Positions 28,719 to 37,318 of a DNA stretch of 38,493 nucleotides are shown here, one piece after another. The notes under the pieces are model-generated. The model was not told the DNA's origin, did no database searches, and saw only the letters and a program-made list of their open reading frames with translations. The stretch covers positions 1 to 38,493 of the forward strand of contig CAZUYF010000002.1 in NCBI GenBank assembly GCA_964624675.1. The letters are read 5' to 3'. The translations under genes and the position numbers were made by a program. The stretch comes from an uncultured bacterium. Lineage in GTDB: Bacteria; Fermentibacterota; Fermentibacteria; Fermentibacterales; JCC-6. The first letter of the stretch is position 1. The number at the start of each line of letters is the position of its first letter.

Positions 28719-29712
28719 CACGCAAAAACGATCCCGGAAGAACGTAGCACTCGTTTCAACCGGGGGAACAATTGAGATGGTGTCGAACCCCGGTGGAATC
28801 GATATCGCTGACCAGTACAACCCCCTTCCCATACAGGGACAAGCGTTACCCACCTTCATTAATGTTGAACATACCAGATTCTGCAGCCTTCCAAGTCCGG
28901 CAATTTCACCTGATATGATGGCGCAGCTCTGCCTTTTGCTGGAGGAGATGGCAGCAAGCGGCAAGTACCACGGGATCGTAGTAACCCACGGAACAGATAC
29001 GTTGGAGGAAAGCGCTTTCCTTGCCGAGGTTTATCTCAGGAGCGCAATTCCTGTTGTTTTTACGGCTGCTATGAGATGTCAGTCTGAAATGGGAGTTGAT
29101 GGGCCAAGAAACATAAGGGGAGCATTGCTGACCGCCTCAAAGCATGAAGTTCATAAATTGGGAGTTACTGTAGTTCTTAATGACGAGATTCATTCCGCAA
29201 GCAGGGTAACCAAAACGTATACCAGTAACGTAAGCAGCTTCAAATCACCGGGCTACGGCCCTCTTGGATTTGTTGATCAGGACAGGGTGCTGCTCCAGCG
29301 GAAGCCCATAAATAGAATTCATCTGCCTTCGGGGAAACTTATGCTGGACGCGAGAGTAGGTTTGGTAAGAACAGCTGCAGGATTGGGAGCAAGAGAAATC
29401 AGATACAGTGCTGACTGCGGCGACAGAGCTCTGGTTGTTGAAGCCCTTGGAAGGGGAAATGTTCCGCCCGAGGTTGCAGAAGCAATCCAATATACGATTG
29501 AGCAGGGAACAATAGTCTGTATAACCAGCAGGTGTTACATCGGAAGGGTGCTCGGAGTATATAACTATTGCGGAGGAGGAGCAGACCTTGAGAAAAAAGG
29601 AGCTATTCTTGCTGGTGACGTACAGGGACACAAGCTCAGGCTTTTCCTGATGGCGTCGCTGGGCATGGGTCTGAACGAAAAGAATATCCGTAAGCTGCTG
29701 GAAAGGCTTTGA
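28696..29712 (+). CDS. ansA: L-asparaginase (type I / cytoplasmic family)
   Basis: Catalytic motifs 'VALVSTGGTIEM' (TGGTI) and 'VVTHGTDTLEESAF' (HGTDT). Start is ATG 28696 or ATG 28681; both overlap the end of the upstream 1128-aa ORF. Confidence 0.88.
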   Translation: MTAYNTSNTQKRSRKNVALVSTGGTIEMVSNPGGIDIADQYNPLPIQGQALPTFINVEHTRFCSLPSPAISPDMMAQLCLLLEEMAASGKYHGIVVTHGTDTLEESAFLAEVYLRSAIPVVFTAAMRCQSEMGVDGPRNIRGALLTASKHEVHKLGVTVVLNDEIHSASRVTKTYTSNVSSFKSPGYGPLGFVDQDRVLLQRKPINRIHLPSGKLMLDARVGLVRTAAGLGAREIRYSADCGDRALVVEALGRGNVPPEVAEAIQYTIEQGTIVCITSRCYIGRVLGVYNYCGGGADLEKKGAILAGDVQGHKLRLFLMASLGMGLNEKNIRKLLERL

Positions 29713-29727
29713 TCGTGACGGAGTTTG

Positions 29728-29757
29728 TTGACAAGCAAGAGCCCTTTGGCTTAGTTT
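29728..29757 (+). promoter_or_regulatory. candidate sigma70-type promoter for the TM-coiled-coil/bactofilin pair
   Basis: TTGACA, 18-nt spacer, TAGTTT, about 33 nt upstream of ATG 29790. Confidence 0.35.
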
Positions 29758-29789
29758 ACCGCATGCGGCAGCTGAACGGACGGGTTTAA

Positions 29790-30137
29790 ATGTCTGAAAA
29801 GGGTTTCTCGGCAACGTTTATATCCAATACAGGGAAAACGCACCACCAGTTCAATGTAAGCGGCCCGAAGCTCTATTTACTCAGGATTCTCATGGCACTG
29901 GCAGTGCTGCTCATAACGGCATCCTCAATAATAGTAGCATTCGGCATACTGAATGCAGGAGAAACGGGAAAACTAAGAAGTGAGATATTGCAGCTGCAGG
30001 ATTCCCTTGCCACAAGAAGGAATATTGAAGCAAGACTGGAGAGTTTGGAATTTGAGATTCAGCAGCTGCGCGAATACAGACGCAGGCTGGAAAATATAGT
30101 AGTTGAAATCCCAATAGCTGAAGACTCACTTGAGTAA
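29790..30137 (+). CDS. small bitopic membrane protein with a coiled-coil ectodomain; resembles the N-terminal module of M23-peptidase family proteins but has no peptidase domain
   Basis: 115 aa. It has a short cytoplasmic head ('FISNTGKTHHQFNVSGPKL'), one TM ('LLRILMALAVLLITASSIIVAFGIL'), then a heptad-like 'LRSEILQLQDSLATRRNIEARLESLEFEIQQLREYRRRLENI'. The stop is 2 nt before the bactofilin start. Confidence 0.6.
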   Translation: MSEKGFSATFISNTGKTHHQFNVSGPKLYLLRILMALAVLLITASSIIVAFGILNAGETGKLRSEILQLQDSLATRRNIEARLESLEFEIQQLREYRRRLENIVVEIPIAEDSLE

Positions 30138-30139
30138 TA

Positions 30140-30544
30140 GTGGAAAAGAGGAAACCGAAGAACATGTCAAAAAAGGAAATGCCCTCTACGATAGATTCCA
30201 TTCTCGGTTCCGGGAGTCTATGCAAAGGAGCCATCAGAGTAGATGGCGGTCTTAGAATTGATGGTACCGTGGATGGAGAGGTTGTTGTCACAGGAACACT
30301 GACCGTCGGTCTTGAAGGTGTAATCACCGGAGATGTTACCGTAAGTCAGGCTGTTGTTGGCGGTAAGATTCAGGGAACGGTCAGGGCAGAGCACCATCTG
30401 GAGCTGCAGAGCGGATCAAGTCTCGAGGGAGACATTTTTACACGATCTCTCATTATTGAAGATGGAGTTTTCTTCGAGGGATCATGCAAGATGAGTCGTG
30501 TCAACGATTCTGAGCCAAATGTGGAAAATGTTGAAAAGATCTGA
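30140..30544 (+). CDS. bactofilin (DUF583/CcmA family cytoskeletal polymer)
   Basis: Beta-helical repeat core 'IDGTVDGEVVVTGTLTVGLEGVITGDVTVSQAVVGGKIQGTVRAEHHLELQSGSSLEGDIFTRSLIIEDGVFFEG'. Start is GTG 30140 or ATG 30164. Confidence 0.88.
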   Translation: MEKRKPKNMSKKEMPSTIDSILGSGSLCKGAIRVDGGLRIDGTVDGEVVVTGTLTVGLEGVITGDVTVSQAVVGGKIQGTVRAEHHLELQSGSSLEGDIFTRSLIIEDGVFFEGSCKMSRVNDSEPNVENVEKI

Positions 30545-30548
30545 AAAT

Positions 30549-30625
30549 TGTGGATAACTCTGTAATAGGTTGACATACAATTATATGCAAAATCACTTAA
30601 AGTAGTTTCATAAGTAATATCCACA
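30549..30625. promoter_or_regulatory. pair of inverted DnaA boxes flanking a TTGACA hexamer, upstream of the V-ATPase operon
   Basis: TGTGGATAA is perfect (30549-30557). ATATCCACA has 1 mismatch and the opposite orientation (30617-30625). TTGACA sits at 30570-30575 between them. Confidence 0.5.
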
Positions 30626-30724
30626 AATGACTTTGTTATGGAGGTATAGCGCAAATCGGGAGGTTCAAGCCTAGCGCTGAAGCTCTGTGCTATATCAATG
30701 ATCCATTCGAAAGGCAGGTAATAA

Positions 30725-31048
30725 ATGTCAAAGCTGGGAGAACTTCACAGGGAAGAAAAAGAAGCTCAGCTGGAACTGGAAAAGGCTGAGAAGGAAGCCC
30801 AGAAGATACGAATGTCTATAACGGACCTGCTTGCAGAACAGAGTGAGGATAAAGAGAAGCAGCTGAAAGAAATCACAATGGCTGCCGAAGCAGAAGTGGA
30901 GAAAAAAATTCTCGCACTTTCAGACAGTCTATCGGGTGATACGCAGGAAAAGCTCAGTCGGCTTTACGAGAAAGAAGAAATTCTTGAGAAAGCCGCGACA
31001 GCAAGCCTCAGGGAATATATCCTGAGTAGCGGGAGCTCCGGCAGATGA
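30725..31048 (+). CDS. V/A-type ATPase small peripheral-stalk subunit (G/H-like; NtpF position)
   Basis: 107-aa highly charged E/K-rich predicted coiled coil. It is the first gene of the operon and its stop overlaps the subunit I ATG (ATGA). The position matches ntpF of the E. hirae ntpFIKECGABD order. Confidence 0.55.
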   Translation: MSKLGELHREEKEAQLELEKAEKEAQKIRMSITDLLAEQSEDKEKQLKEITMAAEAEVEKKILALSDSLSGDTQEKLSRLYEKEEILEKAATASLREYILSSGSSGR

Positions 31049-33072
31049 GCCTGGACACTGTTTCAAAGATAGAGGTTCTGTGCCATTCGGTAAGGCGGGA
31101 ACAGGTTATCAATACCATTGAAGCCTCAGGAAAGGTTCATCTGATAGACCTGTCCGAATTGGAGGTTCCAAAAGAGGACAGCTTCCTCAAGCCTGCCGAT
31201 ATGAATACCGAAGACCTGGTTGAGAGTATTTCCAGTCTTGAAAAAGCGATTCTCTTTCTTCAGGCGGAAACCAAAGGTTCCGAAGAAGCTCCCCGCGTTC
31301 CCCAGCCCTCACTAAAAGAAGAAGAGCTTATGCGCCTCCTGGAGGATCGGCGGTTGCTTGAGGATGCCAGGAGAGCATGGTTCGTTGCGGTTCAGAAAGC
31401 CAAGCTTGAAGGAGCATTGAAGGAACTATTACAGGAAGAGCATTTCCTTCTGTTCTGGCGTGATCTTCCCGTTCCGCTTGAGGAGCTCCGAAGAAAAGGT
31501 GACTGCCGTATGGCTGCAGGAACACTTGAAAAGGAAGCTGTTGAAAAAGCGCATCTTCTGGAGACGGATGTTCCACTGTTCCATATTGAGGTCATACTTA
31601 AGGAAAAAAAATTGGAGAAGGTTGTTGCCGTCACCCATGAATCGGTCACCAGAGACGTAATGCAGGCGCTTTCCGAACTTGGATTTTCACAGCAGGATTT
31701 CGGTACACGAACGGGAATAATTCCCGAACTGCTTGAGACTGTCCGCCATGAAATAAAACTAATTCGAAAGAGAATGGCAGCACTTCATAGCAGAGCTGTA
31801 AATTTCGCTTTGGAAATAAACAGATTCCGCACCCTGCTGGATGCGGCAGGCCTGCTGCTTGAGCGGACCGTTGCGACAAGATCCGCTTACTCAAGCTTAC
31901 ACGCTTATCTGTTCAGAGCATGGATCCGCACGGCTGACCTCAAGGATTTCACCGAGAAGCTGGGGCAGCTCGGAGAGGTTGCGGTTGAGGAGATTGAACC
32001 GGAAGAAGGGGAAATCCCCCCTTCTCCACTGACGGAAAAGCCCTCGGCAGCACCTTACACACTGCTCACCGACATGTACGGTCAGCCTACCAGACAAGAC
32101 CCTGACCCGACGCCTTTGATGGCACCTTTTTATGCATTCTTTTTCGGAATATGCATAGGAGACGCGGGTTACGGTATAGCTCTTGCCCTGGGCTGCGCCG
32201 CAGGGTGGTATATCGTCCGAAGAAGACACGGAAATCCAAGACTGTTCCAGCTGCTTTTCCAGGGCGGACTGGCCAGCATTTTCGTTGGTATTTTCCTTGG
32301 AGGCTGGTTCGGTATACCATTTGACAGCCTGCCTGGATTCCTCCAGGCTCCGGCGAACCTTCTAAACGGCATACTTCCGGGGTATCAGCCGGGACAGCCT
32401 GGGCAGGAAGGGTTCGGAGTGTCCAAGCATTTTCTTTACCTTACCCTCGGGCTGGGGCTGGTACAGCTGACTGCGGGAATTATTGTAAACCTGGTAAAAC
32501 GATGGAAAGCCGGGGAGAAATTCGCAGCTGTCGTCGATCAGTCCGGCTGGCTTCTTGCCACAGCAGGCCTTTTTCCATGGCTGTTCAATCATTACCTTCT
32601 AAACGGAACCCTTTATGACGCGAGCGGCCCACTCGATAAGATTTTCGTCTATATGCTCGCTGCGGGCTCTCTTCTGATATTCATCATGGGCGGGCGTTCT
32701 GCTAAGGGATTCGGCAAGATAGGCCTTGGAGCCTACGCACTGTACGGAATAGTCAACCTTCTTGGAGACGTCCTTTCATATTCCAGGCTTTTTGCCCTTG
32801 CCCTTTCCAGCGCGATTATTGCACAGGTTATCAACCAGATAGCGGGGATGCTGATTCACGAGCTGGGAATTCCGGTACTTGGCATCGTACTTGCCATCGT
32901 GGTTGTTGTAGGGGGGCATGCGTTCAACATAGCCATGGCTGCCCTCAGCGGCTTCATTCATACGGCAAGGCTGCAGTTCGTAGAGTTCTTTGGGAAATTT
33001 TATGACGGAACCGGAGTACCGTTCAAACCTCTTAGATACGAACCCAGATATGTACATATTGAAAGAGAATAA
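31045..33072 (+). CDS. ntpI: V-type ATPase subunit I (a-subunit, membrane stator)
   Basis: 675 aa, with a soluble helical N-terminal half (~330 aa) and a C-terminal multi-TM half. The conserved 'SYSRLFALALS' region contains the essential Arg. Confidence 0.88.
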   Translation: MSLDTVSKIEVLCHSVRREQVINTIEASGKVHLIDLSELEVPKEDSFLKPADMNTEDLVESISSLEKAILFLQAETKGSEEAPRVPQPSLKEEELMRLLEDRRLLEDARRAWFVAVQKAKLEGALKELLQEEHFLLFWRDLPVPLEELRRKGDCRMAAGTLEKEAVEKAHLLETDVPLFHIEVILKEKKLEKVVAVTHESVTRDVMQALSELGFSQQDFGTRTGIIPELLETVRHEIKLIRKRMAALHSRAVNFALEINRFRTLLDAAGLLLERTVATRSAYSSLHAYLFRAWIRTADLKDFTEKLGQLGEVAVEEIEPEEGEIPPSPLTEKPSAAPYTLLTDMYGQPTRQDPDPTPLMAPFYAFFFGICIGDAGYGIALALGCAAGWYIVRRRHGNPRLFQLLFQGGLASIFVGIFLGGWFGIPFDSLPGFLQAPANLLNGILPGYQPGQPGQEGFGVSKHFLYLTLGLGLVQLTAGIIVNLVKRWKAGEKFAAVVDQSGWLLATAGLFPWLFNHYLLNGTLYDASGPLDKIFVYMLAAGSLLIFIMGGRSAKGFGKIGLGAYALYGIVNLLGDVLSYSRLFALALSSAIIAQVINQIAGMLIHELGIPVLGIVLAIVVVVGGHAFNIAMAALSGFIHTARLQFVEFFGKFYDGTGVPFKPLRYEPRYVHIERE

Positions 33073-33109
33073 ATACACCGCTCTAAAGCGGAGTGAAGGG
33101 AGACAATAA

Positions 33110-33559
33110 GTGGAACAGCTCGTAGCATACATGGGAATAGCCCTGGCCTGTGCACTTGCGGGAATAGGATCAGCTGTCGGCGTGGGGATTGCTGCCCAGG
33201 CAAGCACCGGAGTAATGAGTGTAGATCCGGGCAAATTCGGGAAACTGCTTCTTCTGTCAGCATTGCCGGGAACCCAGGGGATATACGGTTTTGTAATCGC
33301 CTTCCTTCTCCTTGGCAAAGTTACAGCGGGTATGGATATGCATGTTGCATGGCAGATATTCACAGCAGGCATTCCTATTGCTCTTGCCGGATTGTTCTCG
33401 GGGATCCATCAGGGGAAAGTGTGCGCCGGCGGCGCCATGATGACTGCAAAGCAGCCGGATGATTCTGCAAAGTCCCTTATACTGGCTGTTTTCGTAGAGT
33501 TTTACGCAATTCTGGGGTTCCTGGTTTCATTCCTCATGCTTCAGGGCATAGGAGGGTAA
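33110..33559 (+). CDS. ntpK: V-type ATPase proteolipid subunit K (duplicated 4-TM c-subunit)
   Basis: Strong resemblance to E. hirae NtpK as recalled: 'LPGTQGIYGFVIAFLL', 'GLFSGIHQGKVCAGG', 'VFVEFYAILGFLVSFL'. GTG start after GAAGGGAG. Confidence 0.9.
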   Translation: MEQLVAYMGIALACALAGIGSAVGVGIAAQASTGVMSVDPGKFGKLLLLSALPGTQGIYGFVIAFLLLGKVTAGMDMHVAWQIFTAGIPIALAGLFSGIHQGKVCAGGAMMTAKQPDDSAKSLILAVFVEFYAILGFLVSFLMLQGIGG

Positions 33560-33566
33560 CGGGAAA

Positions 33567-34154
33567 ATGTCTCTCGAAGCAATCCTTTCAAAGATTCAGG
33601 CAGAGGCCGACCATAAGATAAAAGCGATCATGGAAGCTGCGGAGAAAGAAAAAACGGATGCTCTCTCCAGCCATGCTGAAGAGCTGAAAGCAAAACACAG
33701 CAGGGATGTGGAAAAGGTTCGATCCGGTATCGAAGAAGAGCATAGAAGAAAAGAGTTTCATGTTCGCAGGGAAGCTGCCAGGAAGCTGATGAATGCCAGA
33801 AGAGCTATGATGGACGATGCTATCGGGAAAGCGGCAGGTAATCTCGCGGAGACCGGTGATGCTGCGTATCTCGAAATGATATCATCCCTTCTTGCCCGCT
33901 GCGACCTGAGCGGAAAGGTAGAAGTAGTAATATCCTCCGCCGACGAGTCGCGCATAACCGCAGAGTACCTGAAGAAAAACTCGATCGGCAGTCGCGAATT
34001 CGTCCTTTCCGGTGAAAGACACGATGCTGCTGGCGGTGTGATCTTCAAATCTGGCAAGGTCAGCCAGAATGGTACTTTCCCAATGATAGCGGAACTGGCT
34101 CATGAGGATATGGTGATGATGCTTTCCGATCTTATTCCACTTGAGAATACCTGA
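33567..34154 (+). CDS. ntpE: V-type ATPase subunit E (peripheral stalk)
   Basis: 195 aa, with a long N-terminal charged helix ('ILSKIQAEADHKIKAIMEAAEKE...') and a globular C-terminal domain. Operon position is after K. Confidence 0.82.
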   Translation: MSLEAILSKIQAEADHKIKAIMEAAEKEKTDALSSHAEELKAKHSRDVEKVRSGIEEEHRRKEFHVRREAARKLMNARRAMMDDAIGKAAGNLAETGDAAYLEMISSLLARCDLSGKVEVVISSADESRITAEYLKKNSIGSREFVLSGERHDAAGGVIFKSGKVSQNGTFPMIAELAHEDMVMMLSDLIPLENT

Positions 34155-34157
34155 GTC

Positions 34158-35132
34158 ATGACAGAGAGTTTCATTTATGCCAACGGTAGAATAAGCGGAG
34201 AGGAAACAACCCTCCTGGACCAGCGAATGTGGCAGATGCTTATATCGTCCTCCAGCAACGAAGAAGCGCTGAGGCTTCTTGGTGATACCTGGTACGGTGG
34301 TTTTATGCAGTACCACTGCATGGAAGACTGTTTTATCAAAGCCATGGAGGCGACCGAAGAAGAGCTTATAGAGCTCTCTGAAGACGAAAGACTCGTAAGG
34401 GGCATCCTTCATCGCAGAGACGTGAGAAACGCAAGGTACATATGGAAGAATATTCTTTCAGGACCTGGTTCGGAGGATGAAGTAGAGATTGAACGGGCCG
34501 GACTGATAGAAACGGAGATACTACGGAAAGCTGTTAAATCCGAAGAAGCCAGGGAAGAGCTTCCGCCTCTTTTTGCGCAAGCACTGGAGGAACTCCTGGG
34601 AAATGACAGGATCAGCACGCTGCAGGTGGACAGGGAAATGGACCTGCTCGCGGTAGCCGTGGAGAGAGATGAACTCGTAGAGATAAATTCCGGTTTCCGA
34701 ACATTCGTCACGACCAGCATTGAACAAAAGAATTTTCTTGCAGCCTCCAGATGCAGCATAGACGGTGTTCCAAGACAGGAAGTTCGAGAAATGCTTCTTC
34801 CCGGAGGATATCATACCGAAGATGAAATAGTGGAAGCCTATCAGAGGAGGACATTACCCGGTTTGCTCACCGAAACTCCAGGATTTGATGGAATTTTGGC
34901 GGTATTCGAGGAAGCTCTTGAGACGGGGTTCTTTCTGGGATTCGAGAAGGAATGTGACAGAAGACTGCTGGAACTGCTTGAAAAGGGAGCTTTTCCCGTC
35001 TTCGGACCATCCCCGCTGGCTGCTTTTGTTTTAAGACGCGAGATGGAAATAAGCCATCTCAGGTTACTTCTTACCGCAAAATCTGCCGGAGTAAAAGAAG
35101 ACCGTTTAAAGAAGCGGCTGCCGCGTGGATAG
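34158..35132 (+). CDS. ntpC: V-type ATPase subunit C (d-subunit family)
   Basis: 324-aa helical protein with N-terminal 'YANGRISGEETTLLD' and C-terminal 'PLAAFVLRREMEISHLRLLL', typical of the AtpC/d family. Operon position is after E. Confidence 0.82.
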   Translation: MTESFIYANGRISGEETTLLDQRMWQMLISSSSNEEALRLLGDTWYGGFMQYHCMEDCFIKAMEATEEELIELSEDERLVRGILHRRDVRNARYIWKNILSGPGSEDEVEIERAGLIETEILRKAVKSEEAREELPPLFAQALEELLGNDRISTLQVDREMDLLAVAVERDELVEINSGFRTFVTTSIEQKNFLAASRCSIDGVPRQEVREMLLPGGYHTEDEIVEAYQRRTLPGLLTETPGFDGILAVFEEALETGFFLGFEKECDRRLLELLEKGAFPVFGPSPLAAFVLRREMEISHLRLLLTAKSAGVKEDRLKKRLPRG

Positions 35133-35141
35133 GAGACTTTG

Positions 35142-35465
35142 ATGGCTGAGGGTAAAATTGCGTTCATTGGTGACGCAGATTCGGTTCTCGGATTCCGGGC
35201 GCTTGGAGTAGAAACGATAGTTCCCGTTGATGCGGACGAAGCGAGGAAACAATTCACCAGACTTGTGAAGGAGAAAACTTCCATCATCATGATAACCGAG
35301 GATATGATGGACCACCTTCAGGATCTGATAGATGAAACGGTTCATATGGCAATACCATCGGTTGTTGTTCTTCCCAGTATAACAGGCACTCAGAGACGGG
35401 GAGAAGATACGATAAGGGAACTTATCATAAAGGCAGTCGGTGTTGATCTGATGTCCGAAGAATAG
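35142..35465 (+). CDS. ntpG: V-type ATPase subunit F
   Basis: 'KIAFIGDADSVLGFRALGVETI' and 'IIMITEDM' are typical of V-type F subunits. ATG 35142 follows AGGAG with 6-nt spacing (the track begins at TTG 35139). Confidence 0.85.
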   Translation: MAEGKIAFIGDADSVLGFRALGVETIVPVDADEARKQFTRLVKEKTSIIMITEDMMDHLQDLIDETVHMAIPSVVVLPSITGTQRRGEDTIRELIIKAVGVDLMSEE

Positions 35466-35485
35466 AATATAGAAAAACCCGCTTA

Positions 35486-35508
35486 GGGAGGTTGTTCGAC
35501 AGCCTCCT
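35486..35508 (+). other. intra-operon RNA hairpin between the F and A subunit genes
   Basis: GGGAGGTTGT-TCG-ACAGCCTCCT. The stem is 10 bp (8 Watson-Crick plus 2 G-U) and no U-tract follows. Confidence 0.4.
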
Positions 35509-35536
35509 ATAACCCGCAACCCACCGGAGGCGACGG

Positions 35537-37306
35537 ATGATAAGGGGAACGATTGACAAGATAGCAGGTCCGCTGGTCGTTGCGGACGGTATGAAGAATG
35601 CCAGGATGTACGACCTGGTGTATGTATCCGATTACAAATTAATAGGCGAAATAATCGAGCTTAAGGGTGATAAGGCATCAATACAGGTCTACGAGGAAAC
35701 CGGAGGTTTGAAGCCGGGAGATCCCGTAGAAGCTACAGGAAAACCCCTCTCGGTCGAGCTTGGCCCCGGGCTTGTAACTGCCATATACGACGGGATTCAA
35801 CGGCCGCTTGATGAAATACGCAAGGTAGCCGGTGACTGGATTACCCGGGGAATAAGCATAAGAGGCCTCGATCACGAGAAGGAGTGGGATTTCATACCTG
35901 TCGCAGCTGTTGGTCTGAACGTAACCGGCGGTGAGGTACTTGGCGAAGTTCCCGAAACAAAAATTATCACACATAAAATAATGGTCCCGCCGGAGGTATC
36001 CGGCGTCATCACATGGATGAGCGAAGCCGGAAAGTTCAATATAGATACAATCATAGCAAAACTGAAGGCTCCGGACGGCTCGACCGTTGAACTGCCGATG
36101 TACCACAATTGGCCAGTGAGAAAGCCAAGACCCATAGCGGAGAAAAGAGCGCCGGAGGAACCGCTTATTACCGGGCAGAGAGTCATAGACGCGTTCTTCC
36201 CCCTCGGTAAGGGAGGAACCGCCTGCGTTCCCGGTCCTTTCGGCAGCGGGAAAACGGTTATCCAGCACCAGCTGGCAAAATGGGCGGATGCTGAAATGGT
36301 GATCTACGTCGGATGCGGAGAACGCGGTAACGAAATGACCGATGTTCTGCAGGAATTCCCGGAACTCGAGGACCCCAAGAGCGGAGAACCGCTTATTAAC
36401 AGAACTGTTCTTGTAGCCAATACCAGTAACATGCCTGTGGCCGCAAGGGAAGCAAGTGTTTATACAGGTATAACAATCGGGGAGTACTTCAGGGACATGG
36501 GGTATTCCGTTGCCCTTATGGCGGATTCCACAAGCAGATGGGCGGAGGCAATGAGGGAAATGTCCGGAAGGCTTGAGGAGATGCCCGGTGAGGAAGGTTA
36601 TCCTGCATATCTTGGGACCAGGATAGCCGAATTCTACGAACGGGCCGGTAATGTGAAATGTATAGGCGGGGACAGGAACGGAGCGCTGACAGTTGTTGGA
36701 GCTGTAAGTCCTGCAGGGGGAGATCTCTCGGATCCTGTAGTCCAGGCTACTCTCAGGGTTGTTAAGGTATTCTGGAGCCTCCAGGCGAAGCTGGCTTACG
36801 CAAGACATTTCCCGGCAATAGGATGGCTTGACAGCTATTCCCTCTACACGGATAACCTCAAGGAGTATTACGACAGGGAGCTTGGCACGGAATGGGTACC
36901 GATGATCAAGGATGCCATATCCCTGCTTCAGCAGGAGGCGAATCTGCTTGAAATAGCCCGGTTGGTTGGAGCTGAGTCTCTGTCACCCGAAGATCAGCTT
37001 ATCCTGTTCACAGCAAGGTCTCTAAGGGAGGATTTCCTGCACCAGAATGCCTTCCATGAGGTTGACACATACACCTCTATAACAAAACAGAAGCTGATGA
37101 TGGAAGTCATAATGCATACAAACGCGGAAATGAAAAAAGCCATTCGCAGCAGTGTAGCACCCGGAGATCTTTTCGAACTCCCGCTTAAGGAGGAGATTGC
37201 AAGAATGAGCTACATTCCTGAGGATCATCTCGACGACATTGAAGCGATTAAGAAACATGTAAACTCGCAGATCAACGATCTGATCGAAAAAGAGCAGACT
37301 GCTTAG
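35537..37306 (+). CDS. ntpA: V-type ATPase catalytic subunit A
   Basis: Walker A 'GPFGSGKTV', Walker B region '[14 protein letters not shown]', and the non-homologous insert typical of A subunits. SD GGAGG upstream. 589 aa. Confidence 0.95.
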   Translation: MIRGTIDKIAGPLVVADGMKNARMYDLVYVSDYKLIGEIIELKGDKASIQVYEETGGLKPGDPVEATGKPLSVELGPGLVTAIYDGIQRPLDEIRKVAGDWITRGISIRGLDHEKEWDFIPVAAVGLNVTGGEVLGEVPETKIITHKIMVPPEVSGVITWMSEAGKFNIDTIIAKLKAPDGSTVELPMYHNWPVRKPRPIAEKRAPEEPLITGQRVIDAFFPLGKGGTACVPGPFGSGKTVIQHQLAKWADAEMVIYVGCGERGNEMTDVLQEFPELEDPKSGEPLINRTVLVANTSNMPVAAREASVYTGITIGEYFRDMGYSVALMADSTSRWAEAMREMSGRLEEMPGEEGYPAYLGTRIAEFYERAGNVKCIGGDRNGALTVVGAVSPAGGDLSDPVVQATLRVVKVFWSLQAKLAYARHFPAIGWLDSYSLYTDNLKEYYDRELGTEWVPMIKDAISLLQQEANLLEIARLVGAESLSPEDQLILFTARSLREDFLHQNAFHEVDTYTSITKQKLMMEVIMHTNAEMKKAIRSSVAPGDLFELPLKEEIARMSYIPEDHLDDIEAIKKHVNSQINDLIEKEQTA

Positions 37307-37318
37307 GAGGGCGGGGAT

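Noticed and set aside
35678-36808. 376-aa minus-strand ORF
   Set aside because: It lies entirely antisense to the unmistakable V-ATPase A subunit gene, so it is a shadow ORF with no motifs. The same reasoning applies to 3438-4388(+) antisense to ptb and to 13607-14155(+) and 14174-14524(+) antisense to mnmE. It also applies to 24262-24804(-) antisense to gyrA, 32776-33372(-) antisense to ntpI/K, and the other short overlapping ORFs in the track.
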